Positions 20,168 through 28,830 of a stretch of DNA of 64,000 bases are shown piece by piece (the stretch's first letter is position 1; each line of letters opens with the position of its first letter). The position numbers were made by a program, and so were the translations under genes. Where the stretch lies: the IMG/VR virus record IMGVR_UViG_3300027963_004416, positions 1 to 64,000 of that record; one strand, given 5' to 3'. The DNA comes from a virus. The notes beneath the pieces are model-generated. The model did no database searches and was not told the DNA's origin. It worked only from the letters and a program-made list of their open reading frames with translations.

Positions 20168-20250
20168 GCCCAGGTGGTGGAATTGGTAGACACGCTGGTC
20201 TTAGAAGCCAGTGCTTCGGCGTAAGAGTTCGAGTCTCTTCTTGGGCACCA
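20168..20250 (+). tRNA. tRNA-Leu(UAG)
   Basis: Cloverleaf, CT-TAG-AA loop, V-arm, CCA. Confidence 0.92.
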
Positions 20251-20256
20251 ATTTAT

Positions 20257-20346
20257 GGAAGTGTGGCAGCCCGGTTTATTGCAACAGTCTTGAAAACTGT
20301 CGTGCCAGCGATGGCACCGTGAGTTCGAATCTCACCGCTTCCGCCA
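20257..20346 (+). tRNA. tRNA-Ser(UGA)
   Basis: CT-TGA-AA loop, long V-arm, GCCA end. Confidence 0.92.
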
Positions 20347-20347
20347 A

Positions 20348-20421
20348 CCCGGTGTAGTTTAATGGCAGAACCGCAGCCTCCAAATCTGCATGTGGGAGTT
20401 CGATTCTCTCCACCGGGTCCA
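20348..20421 (+). tRNA. tRNA-Trp(CCA)
   Basis: CT-CCA-AA loop, CCCGGTG/CACCGGG acceptor; atypical U73 and 31:39 mismatch. Confidence 0.8.
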
Positions 20422-20423
20422 AG

Positions 20424-20451
20424 TTGACTTATATTCAATAAGCAGTATAAT
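20424..20451 (+). promoter_or_regulatory. Sigma70-type promoter inside tRNA array
   Basis: TTGACT-N16-TATAAT. Confidence 0.7.
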
Positions 20452-20459
20452 GTACGTAT

Positions 20460-20533
20460 AGCGGGATAGTGAAATGGCATCACACAGGTCTCATAAGCCT
20501 GAGTTCTTAGTTCGAATCTAGGTCCCGCAACCA
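20460..20533 (+). tRNA. tRNA-Met(CAU), initiator-like
   Basis: CT-CAT-AA loop; 1:72 A-A mismatch. Confidence 0.8.
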
Positions 20534-20539
20534 GTTTAT

Positions 20540-20615
20540 TCTCCGATAGCTCAGTCGGTAGAGCAACGGACTGTTAATCCGTGTGTCCCTGGTTCGAGCC
20601 CAGGTCGGGGAGCCA
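20540..20615 (+). tRNA. tRNA-Asn(GUU)
   Basis: CT-GTT-AA loop, GCCA end. Confidence 0.93.
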
Positions 20616-20621
20616 AGTCTT

Positions 20622-20697
20622 GCCCTGTTAGCTCATTTGGTAGAGCAACGCACTTGTAATGCGTAGGTGGTCAGTTCGAATCCGACACAGGGCACCA
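20622..20697 (+). tRNA. tRNA-Thr(UGU)
   Basis: CT-TGT-AA loop, CCA. Confidence 0.93.
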
Positions 20698-20704
20698 GTT
20701 TTCT

Positions 20705-20777
20705 GCGAGTGTGGCGCAGTTGGTAGCGCAACGGACTTTTAATCCGCTGGTCGCGAGTTCGAGTCTCGCCACTCGTA
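20705..20777 (+). tRNA. tRNA-Lys(UUU)
   Basis: CT-TTT-AA loop; followed by CAA, not CCA. Confidence 0.88.
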
Positions 20778-20784
20778 CAAGTTT

Positions 20785-20861
20785 CTCGGCGTAGTTCAGT
20801 CTGGTAGAATGCCTGCTTTGGGAGCAGGAGGTCGCAGGTTCGAACCCTGCCGCCGAGACCA
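20785..20861 (+). tRNA. tRNA-Pro(UGG)
   Basis: TT-TGG-GA loop, CCA. Confidence 0.92.
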
Positions 20862-20865
20862 AAAT

Positions 20866-20941
20866 AGGAGGTTAGCTCAGTTGGTAGAGCGTCACGCTTA
20901 CACCGTGAATGTGATCGGTTCGAACCCGGTACCTCCTACCA
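20866..20941 (+). tRNA. tRNA-Val(UAC)
   Basis: CT-TAC-AC loop, CCA. Confidence 0.92.
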
Positions 20942-20944
20942 AAC

Positions 20945-21410
20945 CCCCGTGTCTCCTTGGGTTTAGGAGAGGTGTGAGTTTGTGTTATGCCACAGCACTA
21001 TTGGCCAAATAGTGTCCAGAACTCTCAGGTGCCTAGTTCCACCATATGACTAGCGATTCTTAAAGATCGAATACTTTAAGCGTTATCGTCGAAGCGTTAT
21101 TAGACGTGGTCGGAGTAACCTCCCGGTCAAGTGGTTCCCCGGTAAGGAATGGCTTGACACCTATAACAGTCCTTCTGATGAGTCTTTAGGAGACGATAAC
21201 AGTAGCGCGTACAGCGAAATGGCGAGCCCTTCTTATAGGCCGTACCCAGAGTAGTCGTTACTGTCAAGGACCCGCCCCATACCTTTCGGTGTATTGGGTG
21301 CGAAGCGAAAGCTAGGGACGAAAGGGTGTATAAGTGTAGGAGCGGTCTAGAACGCGAACTGCAACCTGAGTAGCGTAACCGATTATTTTTCGTAGCAAGA
21401 GCCTACGACT
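20945..21410 (+). ncRNA. Candidate large structured ncRNA downstream of the tRNA array
   Basis: No credible ORF, GC-richer than flanks, about 10 local hairpins plus long-range helix CTCAGGT(21024)/ACCTGAG(21364); boundaries approximate. Confidence 0.7.
21169..21271 (+). ncRNA. Hammerhead ribozyme (type I topology, core with one extra U)
   Basis: Stem I GTCCTT/AAGGAC, CTGATGA, stem II GTCT/AGAC, GA(T)A, stem III ACAGTAGCG/CGTTACTGT, GUC cleavage triplet ending at C21265. Confidence 0.7.
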
Positions 21411-21515
21411 TTAAATGTATTAAACTTAATCCAGTAAGTCATAGTGTCAAGGGCTGCCATACAAGATGCTTTATCTTGAAATTCTAAAAATACCTTGCCA
21501 GGTATGTCTGCCGGA

Positions 21516-22298
21516 TTATTGATTTGCACTACTATTATTAGTAGAATCCATTTCATCTTTTGCCTCTGTCCAATAAACTATTTCCCATAATCCATCATGG
21601 TGTTCAACTAGCGCAGAGCAGCTCTCAACCCAATCACCGGTATTCATATATGTAACACCGTTAATAGTTTTAATTTCCGGTGTATGAATATGACCACATA
21701 TTATTCCGTCAAAATTTCTTTTAGCAGCATAGCTAGTTACATTTAATTCAAATTTAAATACAAAATCTACTGCTTTTTTTACTTTATGCTTTAAAAATCT
21801 AGATAAACTCCAATATCCAAATCCTAACTTATGACGCCACCAATTAAATTTAGTGTTGAGCCATAAAACACAATCATAAGCTTTATCGCCCAGGAATGAT
21901 AGCCATGGAGCTAATCTAGTTATTCCGTCGAACATATCTCCGTGAACTATTAAATACTTCTCCCCGTTTATTGATCTGTATTCTGCAGAGTTTACTATGT
22001 TAATGTTACCGAGTGAGAAGGAACCGACATATGGTCTTAAGAACTCATCATGGTTCCCAGTAACATAAGTAATCGAGGTGTTATCTCTGCTTAGTTTAAG
22101 GATTCTTCTAATAAAGGCGGAATGACTTTTTTTCCAATGCCATTTTTTTTGTTGAATTCTCCAGCCATCGATGATATCACCCACTAGAAATAAATTCTCA
22201 CAGGTATTATACTTTAAAAAGTTGGCAGCTAAATCAGCTCTGCTGTCTTTAGTTCCAAGATGTACATCAGAAATAAAAATGGATTTGTATTTTGTCAT
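21516..22298 (-). CDS. Calcineurin-like metallophosphoesterase (LpxH / UDP-2,3-diacylglucosamine hydrolase-like)
   Basis: SDVHLG, GDIID, GNHD, HGD, CGHIH, NTGDWVE. Confidence 0.85.
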   Translation of the reverse strand: MTKYKSIFISDVHLGTKDSRADLAANFLKYNTCENLFLVGDIIDGWRIQQKKWHWKKSHSAFIRRILKLSRDNTSITYVTGNHDEFLRPYVGSFSLGNINIVNSAEYRSINGEKYLIVHGDMFDGITRLAPWLSFLGDKAYDCVLWLNTKFNWWRHKLGFGYWSLSRFLKHKVKKAVDFVFKFELNVTSYAAKRNFDGIICGHIHTPEIKTINGVTYMNTGDWVESCSALVEHHDGLWEIVYWTEAKDEMDSTNNSSANQ

Positions 22299-22313
22299 TT
22301 TTCCCCTCCACTT

Positions 22314-22321
22314 TATTTATA
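22314..22321 (-). promoter_or_regulatory. Late promoter TATAAATA for the phosphoesterase
   Basis: Exact consensus on the minus strand upstream of a GGAGG RBS. Confidence 0.75.
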
Positions 22322-22358
22322 GTTGATATCTTTTCACGAGTAGGATATAATAAATCAT

Positions 22359-22435
<77 letters not shown>

Positions 22436-22441
22436 GTTTTA

Positions 22442-22517
22442 GCGCTTGTAGCTTAATGGTTAAAGCAGCGGACTCATAATCCGTTGAGTGTAGGTTCGAA
22501 TCCTACCGGGCGCACCA
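22442..22517 (+). tRNA. tRNA(CAU), likely Ile2 (lysidine type) or elongator Met
   Basis: CT-CAT-AA loop, paired G1-C72; overall resemblance to bacterial tRNA-Ile2. Confidence 0.8.
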
Positions 22518-22534
22518 ATATAAAGGAGAAGTAA

Positions 22535-22882
22535 ATGTTAACAATTATCGGTATCATTGCTGCAGCCCTAGCAGTTGCATTTGTATGGAACTATCTGGAT
22601 AAAGCAGGACTAGAATATCTAGATGATATTAAACAACCGGAGCCTCCTCCTGCTCCTGCTCCTGCCCCAGAACCAGTTAAAGAAGTTCAAAGCGTGATTA
22701 TTACAGATAACTCCGAGGTTTCAGATATTAAGATCGAACTGCCTCCTGAGCCAGCTCCTGTGGTAGAAGAACCAGCTCCTGTAGTAGATGAGCCTGTTGT
22801 ACAGGAAGTAGTGGAAACTAAGCCTCCTGTTGCTAAGAAACCTGGTCGTAAACCTGGTCGTAAGCCAGCCGCTAAAAAGTAA
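22535..22882 (+). CDS. Membrane-anchored Pro/Glu-rich protein with basic KPGRKP tail
   Basis: AAGGAG RBS, N-terminal TM, PEPAP repeats. Confidence 0.7.
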   Translation: MLTIIGIIAAALAVAFVWNYLDKAGLEYLDDIKQPEPPPAPAPAPEPVKEVQSVIITDNSEVSDIKIELPPEPAPVVEEPAPVVDEPVVQEVVETKPPVAKKPGRKPGRKPAAKK

Positions 22883-22887
22883 TATTT

Positions 22888-22975
22888 GCCCGGGTGGTGA
22901 AATAGGTAGACACAGCAGACTTAAAATCTGCCGCCTTAAAACGGCGTACCGGTTCGATTCCGGTCCCGGGCACCA
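22888..22975 (+). tRNA. tRNA-Leu(UAA)
   Basis: CT-TAA-AA loop, V-arm, CCA. Confidence 0.92.
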
Positions 22976-22989
22976 ATTAAGGAGTAAGC

Positions 22990-23460
22990 ATGCTAAAAAT
23001 AGATATTAATGAAGTAAAAGAGTTTATCGAAGCACAAGGCCCTAGCACAAAAATTTATATTGGTGGCGACTCTGAAAGATTCATTAATAACAATATTTGG
23101 TATGCTGATTACACACTCGCAATAGTAGTACACATTGACGGAAGACATGGTTGCAAGCTCTTTGGCGAAGTTCAAAGAGAACGCGATTATGATCAAAGCA
23201 AGAACCGCCCAAGAATGCGGCTAATGAATGAAGTATATAAAGTTGCAGAGCTGTATTTAAAACTACAAGAAGTTCTAGAAGATAGAGATGTTGAAGTTCA
23301 TCTAGATATTAATCCAAGTGATCTTCACGGTTCGAGTTGTATTATTAACGAGGCAGTAGGATATATTAAGGGCATGTGCAATGTTACACCCCTTATTAAG
23401 CCTCAAGCGTTTGCAGCGAGTTATGCTGCTGATAGGATTAAAGAAGTATTGGCTGCCTAG
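22990..23460 (+). CDS. RNase H-like YkuK (DUF458) family protein
   Basis: IYIGGDS, RLMNEV, EVHLDIN, AASYAAD. Confidence 0.8.
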   Translation: MLKIDINEVKEFIEAQGPSTKIYIGGDSERFINNNIWYADYTLAIVVHIDGRHGCKLFGEVQRERDYDQSKNRPRMRLMNEVYKVAELYLKLQEVLEDRDVEVHLDINPSDLHGSSCIINEAVGYIKGMCNVTPLIKPQAFAASYAADRIKEVLAA

Positions 23461-23533
23461 CGGGATTCGTAAAATGGTATTACCCTAGCCTTCCAAGCTA
23501 GAGTCGCGGGTTCGATTCCCGCATCCCGCTCCA
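23460..23533 (+). tRNA. tRNA-Gly(UCC)
   Basis: CT-TCC-AA loop, TCCA end; first G shared with the upstream stop codon. Confidence 0.92.
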
Positions 23534-23549
23534 ACTTTAAGGATATATT

Positions 23550-23912
23550 ATGTCTAAATTTACTTTTACTCATACGCTTGACGATCTCAAGATTACTCAT
23601 GAGTTTGATGAGATTCAACTTAATAATGTTATAGAAAATTTTGAATCTTTTCTTCGCGGTTGTGGATTTGTCTTTAATGGTAACTTAGAAATTATTGAGA
23701 ATAGCAACTTTGAATTTTCTTCTCATGGCTGTGAAACTGTTAGTTTTTTAGGTGACAGTATGATAGGTATAGAAGGGGCTGCAGGCTCAGACTATATTAG
23801 TATTGACCCTTCAGGAGCTGTTGGTTCTGCAGGACCCTACGACACCTATCTTGGTGATTGGGATACTCAATGCAAAAATATTGATACCATTGCTAAAGGT
23901 AAGAACAAGTGA
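23550..23912 (+). CDS. Hypothetical protein
   Basis: AAGGA RBS; FESFLRGCGF motif familiar from T4-like phages. Confidence 0.6.
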   Translation: MSKFTFTHTLDDLKITHEFDEIQLNNVIENFESFLRGCGFVFNGNLEIIENSNFEFSSHGCETVSFLGDSMIGIEGAAGSDYISIDPSGAVGSAGPYDTYLGDWDTQCKNIDTIAKGKNK

Positions 23913-24355
23913 AAAAGTCATTTGTTTTAAGTGTTCAAGAAGGTGTTGATAAGGAACTCTATCTTCAGCTTAACGATGAAATCTTAGAAGCCTCTGGATT
24001 TAAAATCGGTGACAAGCTACAATGGATTAACAATAAAGATGGCTCATGGAGCATAATTAAAGTGGATGATAATCTTAATTATTTTGTTGTAGATGTTCTA
24101 AGCACGTTCCGAAATCGATATGTTGTAAAGGCAAAGGGCCTTGATGATGCTATGGACGAGGTTGTCTTTAACGAGCACGATCCTGACTTTAAGGAATTTT
24201 CCCAGAAGCATCTAGGTACTCAGGTTTTCGATGGCCGTCAGATTGAATATGCTGATTTACTGGAACTTAGCAAGAAAGATAATGATTACATAAGCACGTG
24301 GACAGATGCAGAAGTAATTGAACAACTTACTAATACTATCGACTATAAGGACTAA
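23909..24355 (+). CDS. Hypothetical protein (AbrB-like N-terminus possible)
   Basis: Coupled ORF; GFKIGDKLQW. Confidence 0.55.
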   Translation: MKKSFVLSVQEGVDKELYLQLNDEILEASGFKIGDKLQWINNKDGSWSIIKVDDNLNYFVVDVLSTFRNRYVVKAKGLDDAMDEVVFNEHDPDFKEFSQKHLGTQVFDGRQIEYADLLELSKKDNDYISTWTDAEVIEQLTNTIDYKD

Positions 24356-24356
24356 A

Positions 24357-24542
24357 ATGTTTCGTAGTCAAGCTCAGCTTAAAGTTATGCGTGACCAGAA
24401 GGAATCTGCTATGAGCGGTTTCTTCTATAATCTAGTAGAGACAACACAATTTGCTTTAGAAGATATTCAGGACATGTTTCTAGAAGAATTTCCTGATGAG
24501 CATGACTTTCTTAATGAACTTGTTTCGGAGCTTGATAATTGA
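24357..24542 (+). CDS. Hypothetical acidic protein
   Basis: AAGGA RBS then ATG. Confidence 0.5.
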   Translation: MFRSQAQLKVMRDQKESAMSGFFYNLVETTQFALEDIQDMFLEEFPDEHDFLNELVSELDN

Positions 24543-24629
24543 TAGTAAAAGTAAGTAACTCCGGGCGTAAACCTTCGAAAAAAGCCCGCGATAAGCAAAA
24601 AGCTGCTTGGAAAGCATGGTGTGAAAAAT

Positions 24630-25151
24630 ATGGACTCAAAGAACAAACTAGTAAACAACGTCGACAATTGGCGATGGAATCTATCGTTAGAGAGTCCAGT
24701 CAGCTTAACAAGTTTGGACAAATCCAGAGATAAATGGGATCAAAGGTTCTTAGATCTTGCAGCACACATAAGTAGTTGGTCTAAAGACCCTAGCACGAAG
24801 GTTGGAGCAGTTATAGTAAATGATAAAAATCATATTATCTCTCTTGGTTATAATGGTCTTCCTAGAGGCGTTGATGATTGTGAGGCTCGCTACAATCATC
24901 GAGATGTCAAATATAAATTTGTATGTCATGCCGAACGAAACGCCATCGATAATGCACACACCGATGTTACAGGGTGCACTATATACGTAACATTAATGCC
25001 GTGCAATGAATGTGCTAAATCAATCATTCAGCGCGGTATAAAAAGAGTTGTATGTAAGGCTTCAGATGAGATTAAGCCTTACCTCAACTGGGACGTAACT
25101 AAGGTTATGTTCGAGGAAGCTGGCATTCAGTTGGATGTCCTAGCTAAATAA
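24630..25151 (+). CDS. cd: dCMP deaminase
   Basis: SKDPSTKVGA, GYNG, HAERNA, PCNEC; start uncertain. Confidence 0.9.
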   Translation: MDSKNKLVNNVDNWRWNLSLESPVSLTSLDKSRDKWDQRFLDLAAHISSWSKDPSTKVGAVIVNDKNHIISLGYNGLPRGVDDCEARYNHRDVKYKFVCHAERNAIDNAHTDVTGCTIYVTLMPCNECAKSIIQRGIKRVVCKASDEIKPYLNWDVTKVMFEEAGIQLDVLAK

Positions 25152-25155
25152 TAAC

Positions 25156-25210
25156 GCGATGCCTTCGGGGTCGCAATTTGCAATCTTGCTTAATTAAGGA
25201 GAAATTTATG
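25156..25210 (+). promoter_or_regulatory. ROSE-like RNA thermometer in hsp20 leader
   Basis: UUCG hairpin then TCTTGCTT-aatt-AAGGAGA pairing over the SD (U(U/C)GCU motif). Confidence 0.65.
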
Positions 25211-25702
25211 ACTACAATTCCTAGTCTCTTTACCGGTTCTTATAAGGACCTCGATAAGTTCTTTGTTGGTTTCGATGAAACCTTTAACCGTCTGGCAAAG
25301 TTCCATGACGATGTAGCTAAGAACATTCCAAACTATCCTCCATACAACATCAAGAAGGTTGATGATAACAAGTACGTTATCGAACTCGCAGTGGCCGGCT
25401 TCGCTAAGCATGAGCTTGAGCTTGAGCTTATTGATAGCGTTCTTACAGTTAAAGGCCAATCTACTCTTGATTCTCTAACTGCTGATGGTGTTGATCAGAC
25501 CTATATCTACAAGGGTATTTCTGACCGTGCCTTCTCACGCAAGTTTAATCTCGCTGATACGGTTGAGATTAAAAATGCCGAATATCTAAACGGCATGCTG
25601 AAGGTTTTCCTTGAGCGTATTATTCCTGAACACAAAAAGCCAAAGAAGATCGAAATCAGTACTTCTTCTGATAAGCAACTTCTTACTGAAGATAAGGCTT
25701 AA
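25208..25702 (+). CDS. hsp20: Small heat-shock protein Hsp20 (IbpA-like)
   Basis: NYPPYNI, IELAVAGF, YKGISDRAF.RKF, NGML. Confidence 0.93.
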   Translation: MTTIPSLFTGSYKDLDKFFVGFDETFNRLAKFHDDVAKNIPNYPPYNIKKVDDNKYVIELAVAGFAKHELELELIDSVLTVKGQSTLDSLTADGVDQTYIYKGISDRAFSRKFNLADTVEIKNAEYLNGMLKVFLERIIPEHKKPKKIEISTSSDKQLLTEDKA

Positions 25703-25758
25703 TCATGTGGCCCGTTACTGATGAAGAATGGGCATGGCTAAATCAGTGGAATTGAAGG

Positions 25759-25778
25759 AGGGGGCTTCGGCCCCCTTT
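25759..25778 (+). terminator. Probable terminator hairpin after hsp20
   Basis: GGGGC-TTCG-GCCCC then TTT. Confidence 0.6.
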
Positions 25779-25781
25779 ACT

Positions 25782-25991
25782 ATGGAAACAATTATTAAGT
25801 GGGCATCATCTTTCTTCGTAGTGCTAGCAGCAGGGCTAACAGCATATGATATTACACCTATCAATTTTATCTTTTATCTTCTAGGTAATTTTGGTTGGAT
25901 GTATATTTCATTTAAGTGGAAAGAGTGGAGTCTATTCTTTGTAAGCACTATAATTACCATTCTCTACACTATTGGATATCTAAATGGCTAG
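25782..25991 (+). CDS. Small membrane protein
   Basis: Three hydrophobic segments. Confidence 0.55.
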   Translation: METIIKWASSFFVVLAAGLTAYDITPINFIFYLLGNFGWMYISFKWKEWSLFFVSTIITILYTIGYLNG

Positions 25992-26277
25992 CATTAAAAT
26001 TGTTCGTATGATTAACGGGGAAGAGCTTATTGGCGAGCTTACCTTCGATAACGCAACTTTTTTCAAGCTCAAGAACATCGCTATTGTTCAGATGCTTCCA
26101 TCTCAATCTGGCAATTTTACTGTAGGGCTGATCCCTTTCGCCCCATATGCCGAAGAGGTTGAGTTTGCGTTTGACACCGTTCATCGTACGTGCACCTTCA
26201 CACCTAACGTTGAGCTCCTAAATAACTACAACCGTATTTACGGATCAGGGCTCGTAGTTGCTAAGACAATGAAGTGA
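25984..26277 (+). CDS. Conserved T4-like hypothetical (Sm-like)
   Basis: IVRMINGEELIG...YNRIYGSGLVV; typical position before gp43. Confidence 0.65.
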   Translation: MASIKIVRMINGEELIGELTFDNATFFKLKNIAIVQMLPSQSGNFTVGLIPFAPYAEEVEFAFDTVHRTCTFTPNVELLNNYNRIYGSGLVVAKTMK

Positions 26278-26292
26278 GATTAAATCTTCATA

Positions 26293-28830
26293 ATGAGATT
26301 TTATACTAACGTCCACCTGTATAAAGGTGAATTTCTAATTCGAGGTTATGAAAGCGGGGAACGAGTTCAATATACCGTTCCATGCGAGCCTTTCTTATTT
26401 ACTACCGACCGGGTAAGTCTTGATGAGTATAAAACTCTTCAGGGTCGTACAGTATATAAGAAGGTTTTTGATAATCCCTACGAAGCTAGAAACTATATTA
26501 AGGAAAATTCCGATATCTCCGGTAAAGAAATCTACGGGATGACTAACTGGGTATATCCGTTTATTAACGAACACTACTCCGGAGAGGTGGACTATGATGC
26601 GAAGAAAATCTCAGTTGTCTCAATCGATATCGAAATCGAGGCGACGGGCGGTTTTCCAGACATCTCGACAGCAGAAAGACCCCTCACAGCAATCACCCTC
26701 GCTAAAAACGGAAAATACGTCGTCTTCGGATATCACGAATATACCGTTACTGACGAAAACGTAACATATCTTCGTTGCAAGGATGAGCTAGATTTAATCA
26801 ATAAGTTTATTACCGTTTGGCGATCAAAGCAGTTTTTGCCTGATATCGTTACAGGCTGGAACGTAGAGTTCTTTGATATGCCTTACATCATTAATCGTGT
26901 TACGCGTTTGGTAGGACCGGAATCAGCTAAGCGACTTTCACCATGGGGTCTTCTATCAGAACGCGAGGTAGAAATAGCAGGCAAGACGTTTAATATTCCT
27001 ATCATCGTTGGCGTTACAATTCTTGATTATTTGCAACTTCACAAGAAGTTTTCGTTTACTAATCAAGAAAGCTATAAGCTAGATCATATTGCATTTGTTG
27101 AACTAGGTGAAAAGAAGCTAGACTATAATGCTCTAGGCTTTGATAATCTGGATGACTTCTATAAAAATGACTTCCAGAACTATATTAATTATAACATTCG
27201 AGACGTTCAGCTAGTTGACAGGCTAGAAGATAAGCTTAAGTTTATCGAGCAGGTATTTGCTCTAGCATACGATGCTAAGGTCAACTATCTTGATACGTTT
27301 ACTTCCGTTCGAATGTGGGATATTATTATCCATAACTATCTTATGGGTCAAGGTATTGTAGTTCCTAACTTTGACGTAGCTGACAGGCGGGAAAAGGACA
27401 AGCAGATTGTAGGTGCCTATGTTAAGGACCCTCAGCTCGGTATGCACAAGTGGGTGGTATCGTTTGACCTGAATAGTCTATATCCTCATCTAATCATGCA
27501 ATATAATATCTCACCTGAGACCTATAAGGGAACGTTTGCAGCACTTGCAACTGACTCAGGCATCGAAAAGATACTTAACGGAGCTCTAAACGATCTCTCA
27601 ATTAGAAACGAGATGCTAACGCAGAACTATACTGTTGCTGCTTCTGGCTGCTACTTTGATAGAGACTATCAAGGGTTTCTACCTAAGCTGATGGAACAGA
27701 TGTATAATGACCGCGTCAAGTATAAGAAGTTGATGATTGAAGCTAAGAAGAAGTATGAAGCTAATCCTTCGTATGAATTCGAGAAGGAAATTGCACGTTG
27801 TCATAATATGCAGCTTGCTAAGAAAATTCAGCTGAATAGCGCTTATGGTGCACTTGGCAATATGTTTTTCCGCTGGTTTGACCCTCGCTACGCGGAGTCA
27901 ATCACTAAGTCAGGTCAACTATCCATCCGCTGGATGGAAAAGAAGATTAATGAGTATCTAAACAAGACTCTTAAAACGAACGGCATTGATTACGTATTAG
28001 CTGTAGATACTGATTCAATGTATATTACCTTGGACAGACTAGTACAGCATGCTGCTCCGGATCAGACTGATGAAAAAACAGTTAAGTTTCTAGATAAGTT
28101 CTGCGACCAGGTGCTCGAGCCTTATATTGATAAATGCTATGAAGAGCTTGCTCTTTATGTAAATGCATACGATCAAAAGATGAAGATGAAGCGAGAAGTA
28201 ATCGCTAATAAGGGAATTTTCACCGCTAAGAAACGATACATCCTTAATGTCCATAACTCAGAAGGCGTGCAGTATGCGGAGCCTAAACTGAAGATGATGG
28301 GCATCGAAGCAGTTAGGTCTTCAACACCTGCGTCTTGTAGAACTCTTATTAAAAAAGCTATCAAGCTTATTATCGAGAAGACGGAAGACGATCTAATTAA
28401 TTTTATCGCGCAAGAGCGAGACGAGTTTAAGAAGCTTGGTTTTGATGCTATAGCGTTCCCTCGAGGGTGTAAAGAGCTGGACAAGTGGCAAGATAAGAGC
28501 GGCGGTAAGATATTTAAGACTGGTACTCCAATTCACGTTAAAGGTGCTATTCTCTATAATCATGCGTTGAAGGAGAGAGGCTTAGACAAGAGATATGATC
28601 TAATTAACAAAGGCGATAAGATTAAGTTCTGTTATCTAAAGTCGCCTAACTATCTCGGTGAGCACGTTATTACTACTCCTGGCAAACTGCCTAAGGAACT
28701 AGAGCTCGATCATATGATCGACTATGATAAGCAGTTTGAGAAGGCATTTATTGAGCCTCTCAAAGGTATTCTAGACGTTATCGGATGGGAAACAGAACGT
28801 AGAAGCACGCTAGAAGGATTTTTCGTATGA
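26293..28830 (+). CDS. gp43: Family B DNA polymerase gp43
   Basis: DIE exonuclease, SFDLNSLYP, KIQLNSAYG, DTDS, KKRY; C-terminal clamp-binding TLEGFF. Confidence 0.97.
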   Translation: MRFYTNVHLYKGEFLIRGYESGERVQYTVPCEPFLFTTDRVSLDEYKTLQGRTVYKKVFDNPYEARNYIKENSDISGKEIYGMTNWVYPFINEHYSGEVDYDAKKISVVSIDIEIEATGGFPDISTAERPLTAITLAKNGKYVVFGYHEYTVTDENVTYLRCKDELDLINKFITVWRSKQFLPDIVTGWNVEFFDMPYIINRVTRLVGPESAKRLSPWGLLSEREVEIAGKTFNIPIIVGVTILDYLQLHKKFSFTNQESYKLDHIAFVELGEKKLDYNALGFDNLDDFYKNDFQNYINYNIRDVQLVDRLEDKLKFIEQVFALAYDAKVNYLDTFTSVRMWDIIIHNYLMGQGIVVPNFDVADRREKDKQIVGAYVKDPQLGMHKWVVSFDLNSLYPHLIMQYNISPETYKGTFAALATDSGIEKILNGALNDLSIRNEMLTQNYTVAASGCYFDRDYQGFLPKLMEQMYNDRVKYKKLMIEAKKKYEANPSYEFEKEIARCHNMQLAKKIQLNSAYGALGNMFFRWFDPRYAESITKSGQLSIRWMEKKINEYLNKTLKTNGIDYVLAVDTDSMYITLDRLVQHAAPDQTDEKTVKFLDKFCDQVLEPYIDKCYEELALYVNAYDQKMKMKREVIANKGIFTAKKRYILNVHNSEGVQYAEPKLKMMGIEAVRSSTPASCRTLIKKAIKLIIEKTEDDLINFIAQERDEFKKLGFDAIAFPRGCKELDKWQDKSGGKIFKTGTPIHVKGAILYNHALKERGLDKRYDLINKGDKIKFCYLKSPNYLGEHVITTPGKLPKELELDHMIDYDKQFEKAFIEPLKGILDVIGWETERRSTLEGFFV

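Noticed and set aside
20119-21012. ORF-track entries over the tRNA array
   Set aside because: They overlap well-formed tRNA genes and have no RBS or recognisable motifs.
20945-21515. tmRNA, RNase P RNA or group I intron identity for the ncRNA
   Set aside because: No tRNA-like ends with T-loop, no GAGGAAAGUCC-type P4 signature, no interrupted host gene seen; a covariance search is still needed.
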